From: Methylococcaceae bacterium
Lineage (GTDB): Bacteria; Pseudomonadota; Gammaproteobacteria; Methylococcales; Methylomonadaceae
Reading direction: 5' to 3'
Assembly: GCA_007280895.1 (NCBI GenBank)
Contig: QYQN01000023.1
Coordinates: forward strand, 30,861 to 94,860
DNA: 64,000 nt
Part shown: piece by piece, positions 7,152 to 17,366 of the stretch
How positions within the stretch are numbered: position 1 is the first letter of the stretch
How the letters are laid out: each line of letters opens with the position of its first letter
Translations under genes and position numbers: made by a program
Notes under the pieces: model-generated
The model's database searches: none
The model's input: the letters and a program-made list of their open reading frames with translations, nothing else
What the model was told of the DNA's origin: nothing

Positions 7152-9119
7152 ATGTTTACTGATGCCAATCAACATTCCAATGCACGCGTCACTGCAAGCG
7201 CATCCGTTGCAATTCTATCGCATGCTAATAACTTAGATAACGCAATTGATAGCGCAAAAAAACAGCTACTTCAGCTTCAAGACCAGCAAGGCTATTGGTT
7301 ATTTGAACTCGAAGCAGACTGCACTATCCCTGCTGAGTACATTCTAATGATGCATTATCTTGATGATATTGATCATACTTTGCAGGCAAAAATGGCGACC
7401 TACCTAAGATCTCGTCAATCAGAAGATGGCAGTTACCCTTTATTTACAGGCGGACAAGGTGATATTAGCTGCAGTGTTAAGGTTTATTATGCCTTGAAAT
7501 TATCAGGTGATGACAGCAATGCACCCCACATGCAAACACTAAGAGAATTTATTCTTAAGCAAGGTGGTGCGGCAAAAGCAAATGTATTTACTCGAATTGC
7601 ATTAGCTATTTTTGGTCAATTACCTTGGCGCGGCGTCCCCTATATTCCTGTTGAAATCATGCTTCTACCCTCATGGTTTCCCTTCCATTTAGACAAAGTC
7701 TCTTACTGGTCAAGAACGGTAATGGTGCCTCTTTTTATTTTATGCACATTACAAGCTAAGGCTAAAAACCCATTAAATATTAATGTCCTTGAGCTTTTTG
7801 TCACGCACCCTGATAAAGAACAACATTACTTCCCAAACAGAACAGTATTAAATAAAATTTTCTTAGGTCTTGATAAGGCGGGACGGGCGTTCGAATCATT
7901 CATTCCTTCGGGCTTTAGAAACAAAGCACTTAAAAAAGCCGAGGCGTGGTTTGTAGAAAGACTTAATGGCGAGGATGGTTTAGGTGGTATTTTTCCAGCG
8001 ATGGTCAATGCTTATGAAGCCTTACTGTTATTAGGCTATGCTGAAGACAATGAATTAGTCATTACTGCTCGTAAAGCAATAGATAAACTACTAGTCGTCA
8101 ATGAAGAGGATGCGTATTGTCAACCATGCTTATCCCCCATCTGGGATACTGCATTAGTCGCATTAGCATTACAAGAAGTGGACAAGAGTGCTCCCCAACC
8201 TGTCATTCAACACAGTCTAGCATCAGCATACTCATGGTTAAAATCTAAACAACTCACTGATGAGCCCGGCGATTGGCAAATAAAAAATCCACGCTTAGCC
8301 GGTGGTGGCTGGGCGTTTCAATTTGCTAACCCTCATTATCCAGATGTAGATGATACTGCAGTTGTCGCTTTTGCAATGGCTGATTCTCACTTAACCAATT
8401 TAAATGAATCCATTACTAGAGCCACTAAATGGATAGCTGGCATGCAATCTGATAATGGCGGTTATGGTGCATTTGATATTAACAATACCAGTTACTATTT
8501 AAATGAAATTCCTTTTGCAGACCACGGCGCCTTACTTGACCCACCTACTGCTGACGTAAGTGCACGTTGCGCCATGTTGTTAGCTAAAATCTGCACCACC
8601 AATGGCGACTATTTACCCGAATTAACACGCACACTTAACTATTTGCGCAAAGAGCAAGAAGAAGATGGCTCGTGGTTTGGTCGGTGGGGCACCAACTATA
8701 TTTATGGAACTTGGTCGGTGCTTATTGCGTTAGAACAAACTGACACGCCCAAAACAGATTCAGTTTTTGTCAAGGCGGCTCAATGGTTAAAAAGTATTCA
8801 ACGTCCTGATGGCGGATGGGGGGAAGATAACTTTAGCTATCACGACACGACCACTAAAGGACGCTACCACTTCAGTACCTCTTTTCAAACAGCATGGGCC
8901 TTATTAGGCTTAATTGCAGCTGGCGAAGTACATTCAGCAGAAGTAAAAGCGGGCATAGATTTTATTTTACGTCACCAACAAACTGATGGTTTTTGGAATG
9001 ACAAATGTTTTACTGCCCCCGGTTTCCCAAAGGTTTTTTATTTGAAATATCATGGCTATGATAAATTCTTCCCATTATGGGCCTTAGCTAGATACCGTAA
9101 TGAGAGTCGTCAATCGTGA
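7152..9119 (+). CDS. shc: Squalene-hopene cyclase
   Basis: 655 aa. Repeated QW motifs (QDQQGYW, RQSEDGSYP, QRPDGGWGE, QQTDGFW) and the catalytic DVDDTA motif. Confidence 0.95.
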   Translation: MFTDANQHSNARVTASASVAILSHANNLDNAIDSAKKQLLQLQDQQGYWLFELEADCTIPAEYILMMHYLDDIDHTLQAKMATYLRSRQSEDGSYPLFTGGQGDISCSVKVYYALKLSGDDSNAPHMQTLREFILKQGGAAKANVFTRIALAIFGQLPWRGVPYIPVEIMLLPSWFPFHLDKVSYWSRTVMVPLFILCTLQAKAKNPLNINVLELFVTHPDKEQHYFPNRTVLNKIFLGLDKAGRAFESFIPSGFRNKALKKAEAWFVERLNGEDGLGGIFPAMVNAYEALLLLGYAEDNELVITARKAIDKLLVVNEEDAYCQPCLSPIWDTALVALALQEVDKSAPQPVIQHSLASAYSWLKSKQLTDEPGDWQIKNPRLAGGGWAFQFANPHYPDVDDTAVVAFAMADSHLTNLNESITRATKWIAGMQSDNGGYGAFDINNTSYYLNEIPFADHGALLDPPTADVSARCAMLLAKICTTNGDYLPELTRTLNYLRKEQEEDGSWFGRWGTNYIYGTWSVLIALEQTDTPKTDSVFVKAAQWLKSIQRPDGGWGEDNFSYHDTTTKGRYHFSTSFQTAWALLGLIAAGEVHSAEVKAGIDFILRHQQTDGFWNDKCFTAPGFPKVFYLKYHGYDKFFPLWALARYRNESRQS

Positions 9120-9823
9120 TTACGGGCATTATCATCGCACTTCCAAACGAACTAACAACGCTTACATCCAAACGCATTGACCGCGGTCATTGTGTTTTTA
9201 TTGCAGATAAAATACTTGTAGCCTACTCTGGTGCAGGCGCGACCAATGCGCAAATCTCTGCCGAATTATTAATAAGTAAAGGCACAAATCAACTGATTAG
9301 CTGGGGGTGCGCTGCTGCGTTAGATGGCGCTTTAAAACCAGGTGACTTAGTTATCGCAGATCGCTTAATCACTCGAGATGATGAATACATTGAGGTAAAT
9401 AAGCGTTGGCACGCCCATGCACATAGCCTATTAAGCCCGTTACTTACAACATTTATTGGTGGCTTAACCGAAAGCGCAAGCATTGTTTCTTCTAACAAAG
9501 AAAAACAGCATCTACACACAATAACTCAAGCGATTGCCCTTGATATGGAAAGTGCTGCAATAGCTAAAACTGCACAAGAAAAAAATCTACCTTTTTTAAC
9601 GATTCGCGTTATTGTTGACCCCGCCACGATGAACATGCCGGCAGCCATAAACTACGCCATTAATGATCATGGCGAAATCAGCCTAAAAAAGTTAGCTCTC
9701 TTTATCGCCTTACATCCTAATGAATTAGTTGATTTAATTCGTTTGGGCTTTTATTTTAATGCAGCAAAATCATCACTTAAACAGGTTGCTAAAAAAATTG
9801 ACGCCCTAAGCCACTTTCAATGA
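9116..9823 (+). CDS. hpnG: Hopanoid-associated phosphorylase/nucleosidase HpnG
   Basis: PNP/MTA-nucleosidase-like fold (ALDMESAAIA). The GTG start overlaps the shc stop (GTGA). Its position after shc is typical of hpnG. Confidence 0.8.
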   Translation: MITGIIIALPNELTTLTSKRIDRGHCVFIADKILVAYSGAGATNAQISAELLISKGTNQLISWGCAAALDGALKPGDLVIADRLITRDDEYIEVNKRWHAHAHSLLSPLLTTFIGGLTESASIVSSNKEKQHLHTITQAIALDMESAAIAKTAQEKNLPFLTIRVIVDPATMNMPAAINYAINDHGEISLKKLALFIALHPNELVDLIRLGFYFNAAKSSLKQVAKKIDALSHFQ

Positions 9824-9881
9824 GTCAAATACCATAACTTTTACTCTTTAAACCCGATCCACTAGCTATCAAAGATATATC

Positions 9882-11270
9882 ATGACCTTCAGTATCTCCG
9901 AGCTTTTCACCAAGCATAATTTAGAAAAATTTGATCTACACGAAGAATACCTTAACAACCAAATGGTTAGGGTATTAAAAACAATAGGCTATGATCGTTG
10001 TTATGATAGAGCCATTGGGCAATATTTGTACGATCAACAAGGAAATGAATATTTAGACTTATTGAGCGGTTTTGGTGTATTTGCTATTGGACGCAATCAC
10101 CCAACCGTAATAGCGGCTTTAAAAGAAACGCTTACTTTAGAATTACCTAATCTAGTACAACTAGATGTATCGGTATTAAGTGGCTTGCTGGCGAAAGAAA
10201 TACTTAAAACAACACCTGAAAACATTACTAAAATGTTTTTTTGTAATTCAGGAACTGAAGCCGTTGAAGCCGCCATAAAATTTGCGCGCTACACCACAAA
10301 AAGAGAAAAAATTGTCTTCTGTGAGCATGGCTATCATGGCTTAACCATGGGCGCATTATCTTTAAACGGCGAACATATTTTTAGAGAAGGCTTTGGGCAA
10401 TTACTCCCTGGCTGTAGCTCCGTGCCTTTTAACGATCTTGCTGCATTAGAATCAGCGCTTGAAAATAAAGATGTGGCGGCATTTATCGTTGAACCTATTC
10501 AAGGAAAAGGCGTAAATCTTCCAGATGAAAACTACCTTCCCGAAGTAGAACGGTTATGCAACAAATACGGCACCTTATTTGTTGCGGATGAGGTTCAAAC
10601 AGGTTTAGGTAGAACAGGAAAGTTTTGGGCTATTGACCATTGGCATGTAAAACCTGACATGATTTGTATGGCAAAAGCCTTATCTGGCGGCTTTGTGCCT
10701 GTTGGCGGTGTCGCGATTACTCAAAAAATAATGGATACTGTTTACAATCGCATGGATAGAGCGGTTGTTCATGGCTCAACCTTCTCAAAAAACAATATGG
10801 CTATGGCCGCAGGCTTAGCCACTTTGCATGTTTTAGAAGAAGAAAAGTTAGTTGAAAACAGCGCTAAAATAGGCAATGAAATTATTCAAAGTCTGCATGC
10901 TTTAGCGGACAAATATGAATTCCTGAAAGAAGTACGCGGCAAAGGCATGATGATTGCCGTAGAATTTCAAGCACCTAAAAGCATGACATTAAAAGCCGCG
11001 TGGGCAATGCTTGAAGCCGCAAATAAAGGACTATTTTGCCAAATGATCACTATTCCATTATTTAAAGACCATCATATTCTTACTCAAGTTGCTGGGCATG
11101 GCATGAATGTCGTCAAATTACTCCCCCCACTAAATTTAACAATAAAAGATCGTGATCATATTGTCACTGCCTTTGATAAGACCATCCATGAAACCCATCA
11201 AATACCTGGTTCACTCTGGGATCTAGGAAAAAATCTCGCCAGCCACGCGCTGAAAAACAAAAAAGGATAA
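9882..11270 (+). CDS. hpnO: Class-III PLP aminotransferase, HpnO-like (aminobacteriohopanetriol synthase candidate)
   Basis: Class-III aminotransferase pattern (CNSGTEAVEAAIKFAR, ADEVQTGLGRTGKFWA, MAKALSGG). Follows hpnG. Confidence 0.7.
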   Translation: MTFSISELFTKHNLEKFDLHEEYLNNQMVRVLKTIGYDRCYDRAIGQYLYDQQGNEYLDLLSGFGVFAIGRNHPTVIAALKETLTLELPNLVQLDVSVLSGLLAKEILKTTPENITKMFFCNSGTEAVEAAIKFARYTTKREKIVFCEHGYHGLTMGALSLNGEHIFREGFGQLLPGCSSVPFNDLAALESALENKDVAAFIVEPIQGKGVNLPDENYLPEVERLCNKYGTLFVADEVQTGLGRTGKFWAIDHWHVKPDMICMAKALSGGFVPVGGVAITQKIMDTVYNRMDRAVVHGSTFSKNNMAMAAGLATLHVLEEEKLVENSAKIGNEIIQSLHALADKYEFLKEVRGKGMMIAVEFQAPKSMTLKAAWAMLEAANKGLFCQMITIPLFKDHHILTQVAGHGMNVVKLLPPLNLTIKDRDHIVTAFDKTIHETHQIPGSLWDLGKNLASHALKNKKG

Positions 11271-11273
11271 GTC

Positions 11274-11630
11274 ATGCGTGCCCAACATTTCTTACTCTGC
11301 ATACTGCTACTCCTTGCTTACCAAGAACAGCTTTACGCGCACGCCGTCGTCACCGAACATTCTTTTGCCATCACTAAAATCCATGCCAATCATGAAGAGC
11401 AAGTGAGCCTTGATTTTAATTCAAAAATTGAATTAGGTTTATCTGAAATTTTTTTAGTCAGCAAAGGCGATGTATATACATTATTACCTATTTCTAAAGG
11501 TAAAAAACAAGGGCAAATCTTAATTAACATTCCTGCATTAGCATCAGGTGAATACGCTATTAAACTTAAAGTGTTTGCTGCTGATGGTCATTTAACTGAA
11601 GATGTTATTTATTTTTCCGTTATTCCTTAG
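11274..11630 (+). CDS. copC: CopC-domain periplasmic copper-binding protein
   Basis: A signal peptide is followed by a mature N-terminus HAVV. C-terminal pattern GEYAIKLKVFAADGHLTEDVIYFSV, typical of CopC. Confidence 0.75.
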   Translation: MRAQHFLLCILLLLAYQEQLYAHAVVTEHSFAITKIHANHEEQVSLDFNSKIELGLSEIFLVSKGDVYTLLPISKGKKQGQILINIPALASGEYAIKLKVFAADGHLTEDVIYFSVIP

Positions 11631-11639
11631 GACATTTGC

Positions 11640-13310
11640 ATGGCCGGCATTGCTGATTTTCTTGATTCCTTAATTGGTGGCTTTTCACTTATTTGCTTTG
11701 CGCTAGCAGTAGGTAGCTTATTTTGGGGATTATTTATCCTACAACCTTGGCAAAAAAAGGCTGACCTACCACCAGTTTTATTAGATAAAACTATACGTTT
11801 ATTAAGCCTAGGCGGCATAACCTTAGCTTGCACCCAACTTTTTAAAGTAATTTTAAAAATTTGGCTTATGAGTGCCGTGCTTAATCACTCCCCATTTCCT
11901 GAATTTGCAGACACAACGCAATTTATTGGGGGCCTTGTGCGCACCTTATTAACGGCTATTTTTACAGGTTATTGTGCTTTAGTTTTAGCAAAAAATCCGT
12001 TTTCCAAAGTTTATTGGTATAGAGCAGCATGGCTAGCCATGCCCATGATTATTTCAGGAGCATGGCTAGTTCATGCTGCAGGGCGTTTTGATAATCCCTA
12101 TATTCTTATGGGGCTTACCGTTATTCACCAACTTGGCGCTGCGGCATGGGTAGGTGGCGTGTTCCATTTAGTACATATTTGGATACTAACAAAACAACAG
12201 ACAATCCCCGCCACACTTTGGCCCAAATTATTAAAACGCTTCTCTATTTTTGGCTTTAGTTCAGTAGGCGTGATTTTATTAACCGGCTTACCCATGGGCT
12301 TGCAATATATTGACAGCTGGAATGGATTAATTGGCACAGGTTACGGCAACTTACTGACGGTAAAAATCATTCTTCTTGGACTGGCGTTAAGTCTTGCCTG
12401 GCTCAATAAGTCAACGGTGCACGCGTATTTTTTAACAGATAATGATCACGGCTTAAACACTCGCCTACCTCATTACCTTGAAGCAGAAGCATTTGTATTA
12501 ATTACGTTATTATTTACCGCTGCAAGTTTAGCCTCACAACCACCCGCCATTGACATTCCTCATCTTACGGCGACGTGGCAAGAGGTCATCACGATGTTTG
12601 CCCCTCAATGGCCAAGCATAGCCTCACCGTCACACCACGATTTAATCGCTGGCGAAGCCGGTCGTGTAGCAATTATTGGTCAAACACCTTCTGAAGCAGC
12701 AACGGCTTGGTCAAATTATAATCATAATATTGCGGGTATTTTTCTCACTATCATGAGTTTTTTTGCCATGCTTTCTTATGTTAAACAACGCCCCCATAAT
12801 GCCTCGGCAGCGCTTGAAATCTTCTTCTCACTGATTACACGGTATTGGCCAATAGGCTTTATTGCACTGGGTGTTTTCTTATTTTTCCGCAGCGATGCAG
12901 AAACGTGGCCTCTTGGGCCCATCGGTTTTTGGGAAAGCACTTTTAATAATGGCGAAGTTTTACAACATCGAATTGCAACATTGCTGGTCTTTTCGTTAGG
13001 CGTGATTGAAGTATTTGCTCGACTACCCAAATACCAAAAAAGTCATCTTCCTTATTTTTTTCCTATCTTAGCGGCTTTTGGCGGACTCATGTTGTTAACC
13101 CATTCCCATATTGGATTTCAAGCTAAAAGCGCATTTTTAATACAAGTAGGCCATACCTTAATGGGTATTTTTTCTTTGATTCTTGCCTGTGGACGCTGGC
13201 TGGAATTGAAATTAGATCGACCAGGTAAGGATATTGCTGGATTTATTTCTGTAGCCGCCCTGTTTCAAATTGGACTTATTTTAATGTTCTATCGTGAACC
13301 CCTTTATTAA
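11640..13310 (+). CDS. copD: CopD-family integral membrane protein with a long extra C-terminal membrane domain
   Basis: Polytopic membrane protein. CopD-like HQLGAAAWVGGVFHLV motif. At 556 aa it is roughly twice the usual CopD length. Immediately follows copC. Confidence 0.7.
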   Translation: MAGIADFLDSLIGGFSLICFALAVGSLFWGLFILQPWQKKADLPPVLLDKTIRLLSLGGITLACTQLFKVILKIWLMSAVLNHSPFPEFADTTQFIGGLVRTLLTAIFTGYCALVLAKNPFSKVYWYRAAWLAMPMIISGAWLVHAAGRFDNPYILMGLTVIHQLGAAAWVGGVFHLVHIWILTKQQTIPATLWPKLLKRFSIFGFSSVGVILLTGLPMGLQYIDSWNGLIGTGYGNLLTVKIILLGLALSLAWLNKSTVHAYFLTDNDHGLNTRLPHYLEAEAFVLITLLFTAASLASQPPAIDIPHLTATWQEVITMFAPQWPSIASPSHHDLIAGEAGRVAIIGQTPSEAATAWSNYNHNIAGIFLTIMSFFAMLSYVKQRPHNASAALEIFFSLITRYWPIGFIALGVFLFFRSDAETWPLGPIGFWESTFNNGEVLQHRIATLLVFSLGVIEVFARLPKYQKSHLPYFFPILAAFGGLMLLTHSHIGFQAKSAFLIQVGHTLMGIFSLILACGRWLELKLDRPGKDIAGFISVAALFQIGLILMFYREPLY

Positions 13311-13325
13311 TCAGCAGATGTCAAT

Positions 13326-15188
13326 ATGAACCCATCATCGAACTTTTTTTTATTAAACGACATACATTCTCCTGCCGATGTAAGAAAGTTACCTAAGGAT
13401 TTGCTAAAACCATTAGCAGAAGAACTTAGAGAATTTTTAACACACTCAGTGAGCATTTCAGGTGGACATTTTTCTGCTGGTTTAGGCACTGTTGAACTAA
13501 CAGTTGCCCTACATTACGTATTCAATACCCCGTCAGACCAATTAGTTTGGGACGTAGGCCATCAAGCTTACCCTCATAAAATTCTTACCGGCCGCAAGGA
13601 TAAAATGACCACAATCCGTGCGCAAGGCGGCATTTGTGCCTTTCCTAATCGCTCAGAAAGCGAATACGATGCATTTGGCGTGGGTCATTCAAGCACTTCA
13701 ATTAGTGCGGCCTTAGGAATGGCGATAGCCTCCTCGCTTCAAGGTCACGATAAGCAAATGGTTGCGATTATTGGTGACGGCAGCATTACCGGCGGCATGG
13801 CATTTGAAGCAATGAACCATGCGGGTGCTATTGATGCAAATCTACTGGTCATACTTAATGATAATGACATGTCAATTTCACCCAACGTGGGTGCAATGAA
13901 TAATTATTTATCAAAAATATTATCAAGCCGCTTATATTCTTCAATGCGCGAAGAAAGTAAAAAAGCCCTGAGCAAAATGCCAACGGTGTGGGAATTAGCA
14001 AAACGTACAGAAGAACACATTAAAGGGATGGTGATTCCTGGTACCTTATTTGAAGAATTAGGCTTTAATTATATTGGTCCAATCGATGGGCATGATTTAG
14101 ATGTGTTAGTGGAAACCTTAGAGAATCTTAAACACATTAGTGGCCCTCGCTTCCTTCATATCGTCACAAAAAAAGGCAAAGGTTACGCCCCTGCAGAAAA
14201 AGATCCTTTAGCTTATCACGGCGTTCCAGCCTTTGATCCAAGTAAAGAATGCTTACCAAAATCTACGCCATCACCACACCCTACTTACACAGAAGTATTT
14301 GGTAACTGGTTATGTGATATGGCTCAGCAAGATGAGCGCTTATTAGGGATTACACCTGCTATGCGTGAAGGCTCGGGGCTAGTTAAATTTTCACAACGCT
14401 TTCCTTCGCGCTATTTTGATGTTGCCATTGCTGAACAGCACGCCGTCACACTAGCGGCAGGTCAGGCATGCCAAGGCGCAAAACCAGTGGTTGCCATTTA
14501 TTCAACGTTTTTACAACGCGGATATGACCAATTAATTCATGATGTTGCTTTGCAAAACTTAGATATATTGTTTGCCCTCGACCGCGCGGGACTCGTAGGT
14601 CCGGATGGTCCAACTCATGCAGGCAGCTTTGATTACAGTTTTCTTGCCTGTATCCCCAATATGGTTATTATGGCACCTGCTGATGAAAACGAATGTCGAC
14701 GCATGCTTACCACAGGCTTTATGTATAAAGGTCCTGCATCTGTTCGCTATCCACGCGGCAAAGGCCCCGGTAGTGTCGTCGAAACAGAATTAAACACTCT
14801 TGAAATAGGTAAAGCAGAGATTCGCTTGACTGGCAAACGCATTGCTATTCTTGCTTGGGGCAGTATGGTCACGCCAGGTCTTGAGGTTGGTAAACAACTG
14901 AATGCAACAGTAGTAAATATGCGGTTTGTGAAACCACTTGATGAAACAATGATTTTACAGATGGTAAAAACTCATGAAATTTTTGTCACGTTAGAAGAAA
15001 ATGTCTTATCAGGCGGTGCCGGAAGTGCAATTAACTTATTCTTACAAAAACAACGTATCTTAATGCCTGTTTTAAATATTGGTCTTCCTGATGAGTTCAT
15101 TGAGCAAGGCACACGCGAGCAACTTTTAACGCAATGCGGATTAGATATACAAGGCATACTTGATCAAATCGAAACATTTTGCGCATAA
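13326..15188 (+). CDS. dxs: 1-deoxy-D-xylulose-5-phosphate synthase
   Basis: 620 aa. [21 protein letters not shown], the [18 protein letters not shown] ThDP motif, and transketolase-like C-terminal domains. Confidence 0.95.
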   Translation: MNPSSNFFLLNDIHSPADVRKLPKDLLKPLAEELREFLTHSVSISGGHFSAGLGTVELTVALHYVFNTPSDQLVWDVGHQAYPHKILTGRKDKMTTIRAQGGICAFPNRSESEYDAFGVGHSSTSISAALGMAIASSLQGHDKQMVAIIGDGSITGGMAFEAMNHAGAIDANLLVILNDNDMSISPNVGAMNNYLSKILSSRLYSSMREESKKALSKMPTVWELAKRTEEHIKGMVIPGTLFEELGFNYIGPIDGHDLDVLVETLENLKHISGPRFLHIVTKKGKGYAPAEKDPLAYHGVPAFDPSKECLPKSTPSPHPTYTEVFGNWLCDMAQQDERLLGITPAMREGSGLVKFSQRFPSRYFDVAIAEQHAVTLAAGQACQGAKPVVAIYSTFLQRGYDQLIHDVALQNLDILFALDRAGLVGPDGPTHAGSFDYSFLACIPNMVIMAPADENECRRMLTTGFMYKGPASVRYPRGKGPGSVVETELNTLEIGKAEIRLTGKRIAILAWGSMVTPGLEVGKQLNATVVNMRFVKPLDETMILQMVKTHEIFVTLEENVLSGGAGSAINLFLQKQRILMPVLNIGLPDEFIEQGTREQLLTQCGLDIQGILDQIETFCA

Positions 15189-15221
15189 GAAATTATTACC
15201 CCATACGCCTTAGTTGAATTT

Positions 15222-15737
15222 ATGCATAGATTAAAAAATAAAATTCGTGAAATACCTGATTTTCCAAAACCTGGCATCTTATTTAAAGACATTACCCCTT
15301 TAATTAAAGATCCCGCAGTTCTGAAACTGACTATTCACCAATTAATTCAGCCCTTTTTAGGTGAACATATCACTGCTGTTGCAGGGATGGAAGCAAGAGG
15401 ATTTATTTTTGGCTCGCTAGTCGCATGGGAACTAAACCTGCCTTTTATTCCATTACGCAAACCCGGCAAACTTCCTTACAATGTACACAGTGTTGCCTAT
15501 GACTTAGAATACGGTTCAACCATGCTGGAAGCGCATATTGATGCTGTAGACAATACCGATCAGGTTCTTTTAATCGATGATTTATTAGCTACGGGTGGTA
15601 CAGCTAAAGCAAGTTGTGAATTAATTGAAAAATTAGGAGCAACTATAGTGGGATGCGCTTTTGTTATCGAACTCGACGCATTGGCAGGAAGAAAAAAATT
15701 ATCAGATTATACTATTCATTCTTTAATACGCGACTAA
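15222..15737 (+). CDS. apt: Adenine phosphoribosyltransferase
   Basis: PDFPKPGILFKDITPL and the PRPP-binding loop VLLIDDLLATGGTA. Confidence 0.93.
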   Translation: MHRLKNKIREIPDFPKPGILFKDITPLIKDPAVLKLTIHQLIQPFLGEHITAVAGMEARGFIFGSLVAWELNLPFIPLRKPGKLPYNVHSVAYDLEYGSTMLEAHIDAVDNTDQVLLIDDLLATGGTAKASCELIEKLGATIVGCAFVIELDALAGRKKLSDYTIHSLIRD

Positions 15738-15780
15738 ACTTAACAAAGTATTGTAAAACAATATATTACAAGGATTAGCG

Positions 15781-15975
15781 ATGACAACGAAGCGCGCCAA
15801 CACCTCCCCCCCACAGCAACAATGGATTGCTGTCGCCGCGTATTATAAAGCCCTTTCCCGAGGATTTACGCCACATAATGCGCAACAAGATTGGCTAGAA
15901 GCTGAACAAGAATTGTCGCACTACAGTCAACTTGCGCCAAAAAAAATCGGCCTGATTACGCTGCGCCGCGCATAA
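15781..15975 (+). CDS. DUF2934-like small protein
   Basis: IAVAAYYKALSRGF...DWLEAEQEL pattern, characteristic of the DUF2934 family. Confidence 0.55.
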   Translation: MTTKRANTSPPQQQWIAVAAYYKALSRGFTPHNAQQDWLEAEQELSHYSQLAPKKIGLITLRRA

Positions 15976-15976
15976 T

Positions 15977-17065
15977 TTATGATGAGCGCCGATACTGATA
16001 ATACGCTGCACACGCACCTTCTGCCGACACCATTGTTGCGCCTAACGCTGATTCTGGTGTGCACCGCGTAGCAAATTGTGGGCATTGTGGTGGCTTAATA
16101 AGCCCCTTTAACACTTGTCCACTTAAGCACTCAACAGCTTCCTGAGTATTTATCATGCTGACATCAAAAAACGATTCAGCATTCCATTGCTGAAATTCAG
16201 AACGTAATGCTAAGCCGCTGCCAGCAATTGTCCCCAAACCACGCCAATCTCTATCCACAACCTCAAAAACTTGCATCATTAATTGTTGGGCAGGAAGGTT
16301 TCCCCTCTCATTGACGGCACGTTGATAGCTATTCTCAACAGCATAATGGTTATTTTCTAATTGCCTAACACAGCATAAAATTCCTTTTACAATATCAACA
16401 GGTTCAAAACCTGTTATGACAATAGGAATCTGGTAGCGCTGGGTAAGGGGGAGATATTCATGATAACCCATGACCATACAAACATGCCCAGCACCTAAAA
16501 AACCATGAATCTGATGATCTGGTGAAGATAAAAGCACCTCCATGACAGGTGGAACACGAACATGACTAATCAACAAAGAAAAATTTTTAACCCTCAATAA
16601 TTTTGCTTGATACGCAGCCATTGCAGTAGTGGGTGCGGTTGTTTCAAAACCAACACCAAAAAAAACAACATGCTTATCTGTGACTTGTTGCGCTAAATGA
16701 ACTGCGTCAATAGGTGAATAAACAATTCTTATGTCAGCCCCTTGCGCCTTTAAATGCAATAAATCAGACTGCGAACCTGGCACGCGTAACATATCGCCAA
16801 ACGTACAAAAAATGACATTAGGTTGAGCGGCAATACTCAATGCTTTATCAATATACGCTAAGGGTGTCACACATACTGGACAACCAGGTCCATGAATTAA
16901 GGTAATTGAGTCAGGCAACAATTGATCAAGTGCATATTTAATGATGCTATGCGTTTGCCCACCACACACCTCCATAATATTCCAGGGACGAGTAATACAA
17001 CATTTGATTGCCTCGATGTATTCAAACACCTTATCAGGATGCTGAAACGCCTTAAGATAATTCAT
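15977..17065 (-). CDS. hypD: [NiFe]-hydrogenase maturation protein HypD
   Basis: [14 protein letters not shown] and GFETTAP motifs plus a C-terminal Cys cluster. Appears full length. Confidence 0.92.
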   Translation of the reverse strand: MNYLKAFQHPDKVFEYIEAIKCCITRPWNIMEVCGGQTHSIIKYALDQLLPDSITLIHGPGCPVCVTPLAYIDKALSIAAQPNVIFCTFGDMLRVPGSQSDLLHLKAQGADIRIVYSPIDAVHLAQQVTDKHVVFFGVGFETTAPTTAMAAYQAKLLRVKNFSLLISHVRVPPVMEVLLSSPDHQIHGFLGAGHVCMVMGYHEYLPLTQRYQIPIVITGFEPVDIVKGILCCVRQLENNHYAVENSYQRAVNERGNLPAQQLMMQVFEVVDRDWRGLGTIAGSGLALRSEFQQWNAESFFDVSMINTQEAVECLSGQVLKGLIKPPQCPQFATRCTPESALGATMVSAEGACAAYYQYRRSS

Positions 17066-17309
17066 TTATACGTTCAAAAGCACTTAGTTCAACAAAGGCA
17101 TCAAGCGTTTGTTGAACTTCGGCTTGATCAAGAATGGATAAGGCAAAACCTGCATGTACGATCACGTAATCATTTTCCTTTGCTTCGGGCACAAAAGCTA
17201 AAGACACCGCCTTGGTAAGGCCTGAAAAATCTACCACTCCCATAACTAACATGTCATTATTTTCATGCTTAATAATACTGATAATTTTAGCTGGCAAAGC
17301 AAGACACAT
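17052..17309 (-). CDS. hypC: [NiFe]-hydrogenase maturation chaperone HypC
   Basis: N-terminal MCLALPAKI with the essential Cys2. About 85 aa. Overlaps the hypD start by 14 nt. Confidence 0.88.
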   Translation of the reverse strand: MCLALPAKIISIIKHENNDMLVMGVVDFSGLTKAVSLAFVPEAKENDYVIVHAGFALSILDQAEVQQTLDAFVELSAFERINELS

Positions 17310-17366
17310 AAGCTGTTACCTGTAAAAAGAGATAGTCGGAAAGGGATGCTAAAAACATGATGAGCC

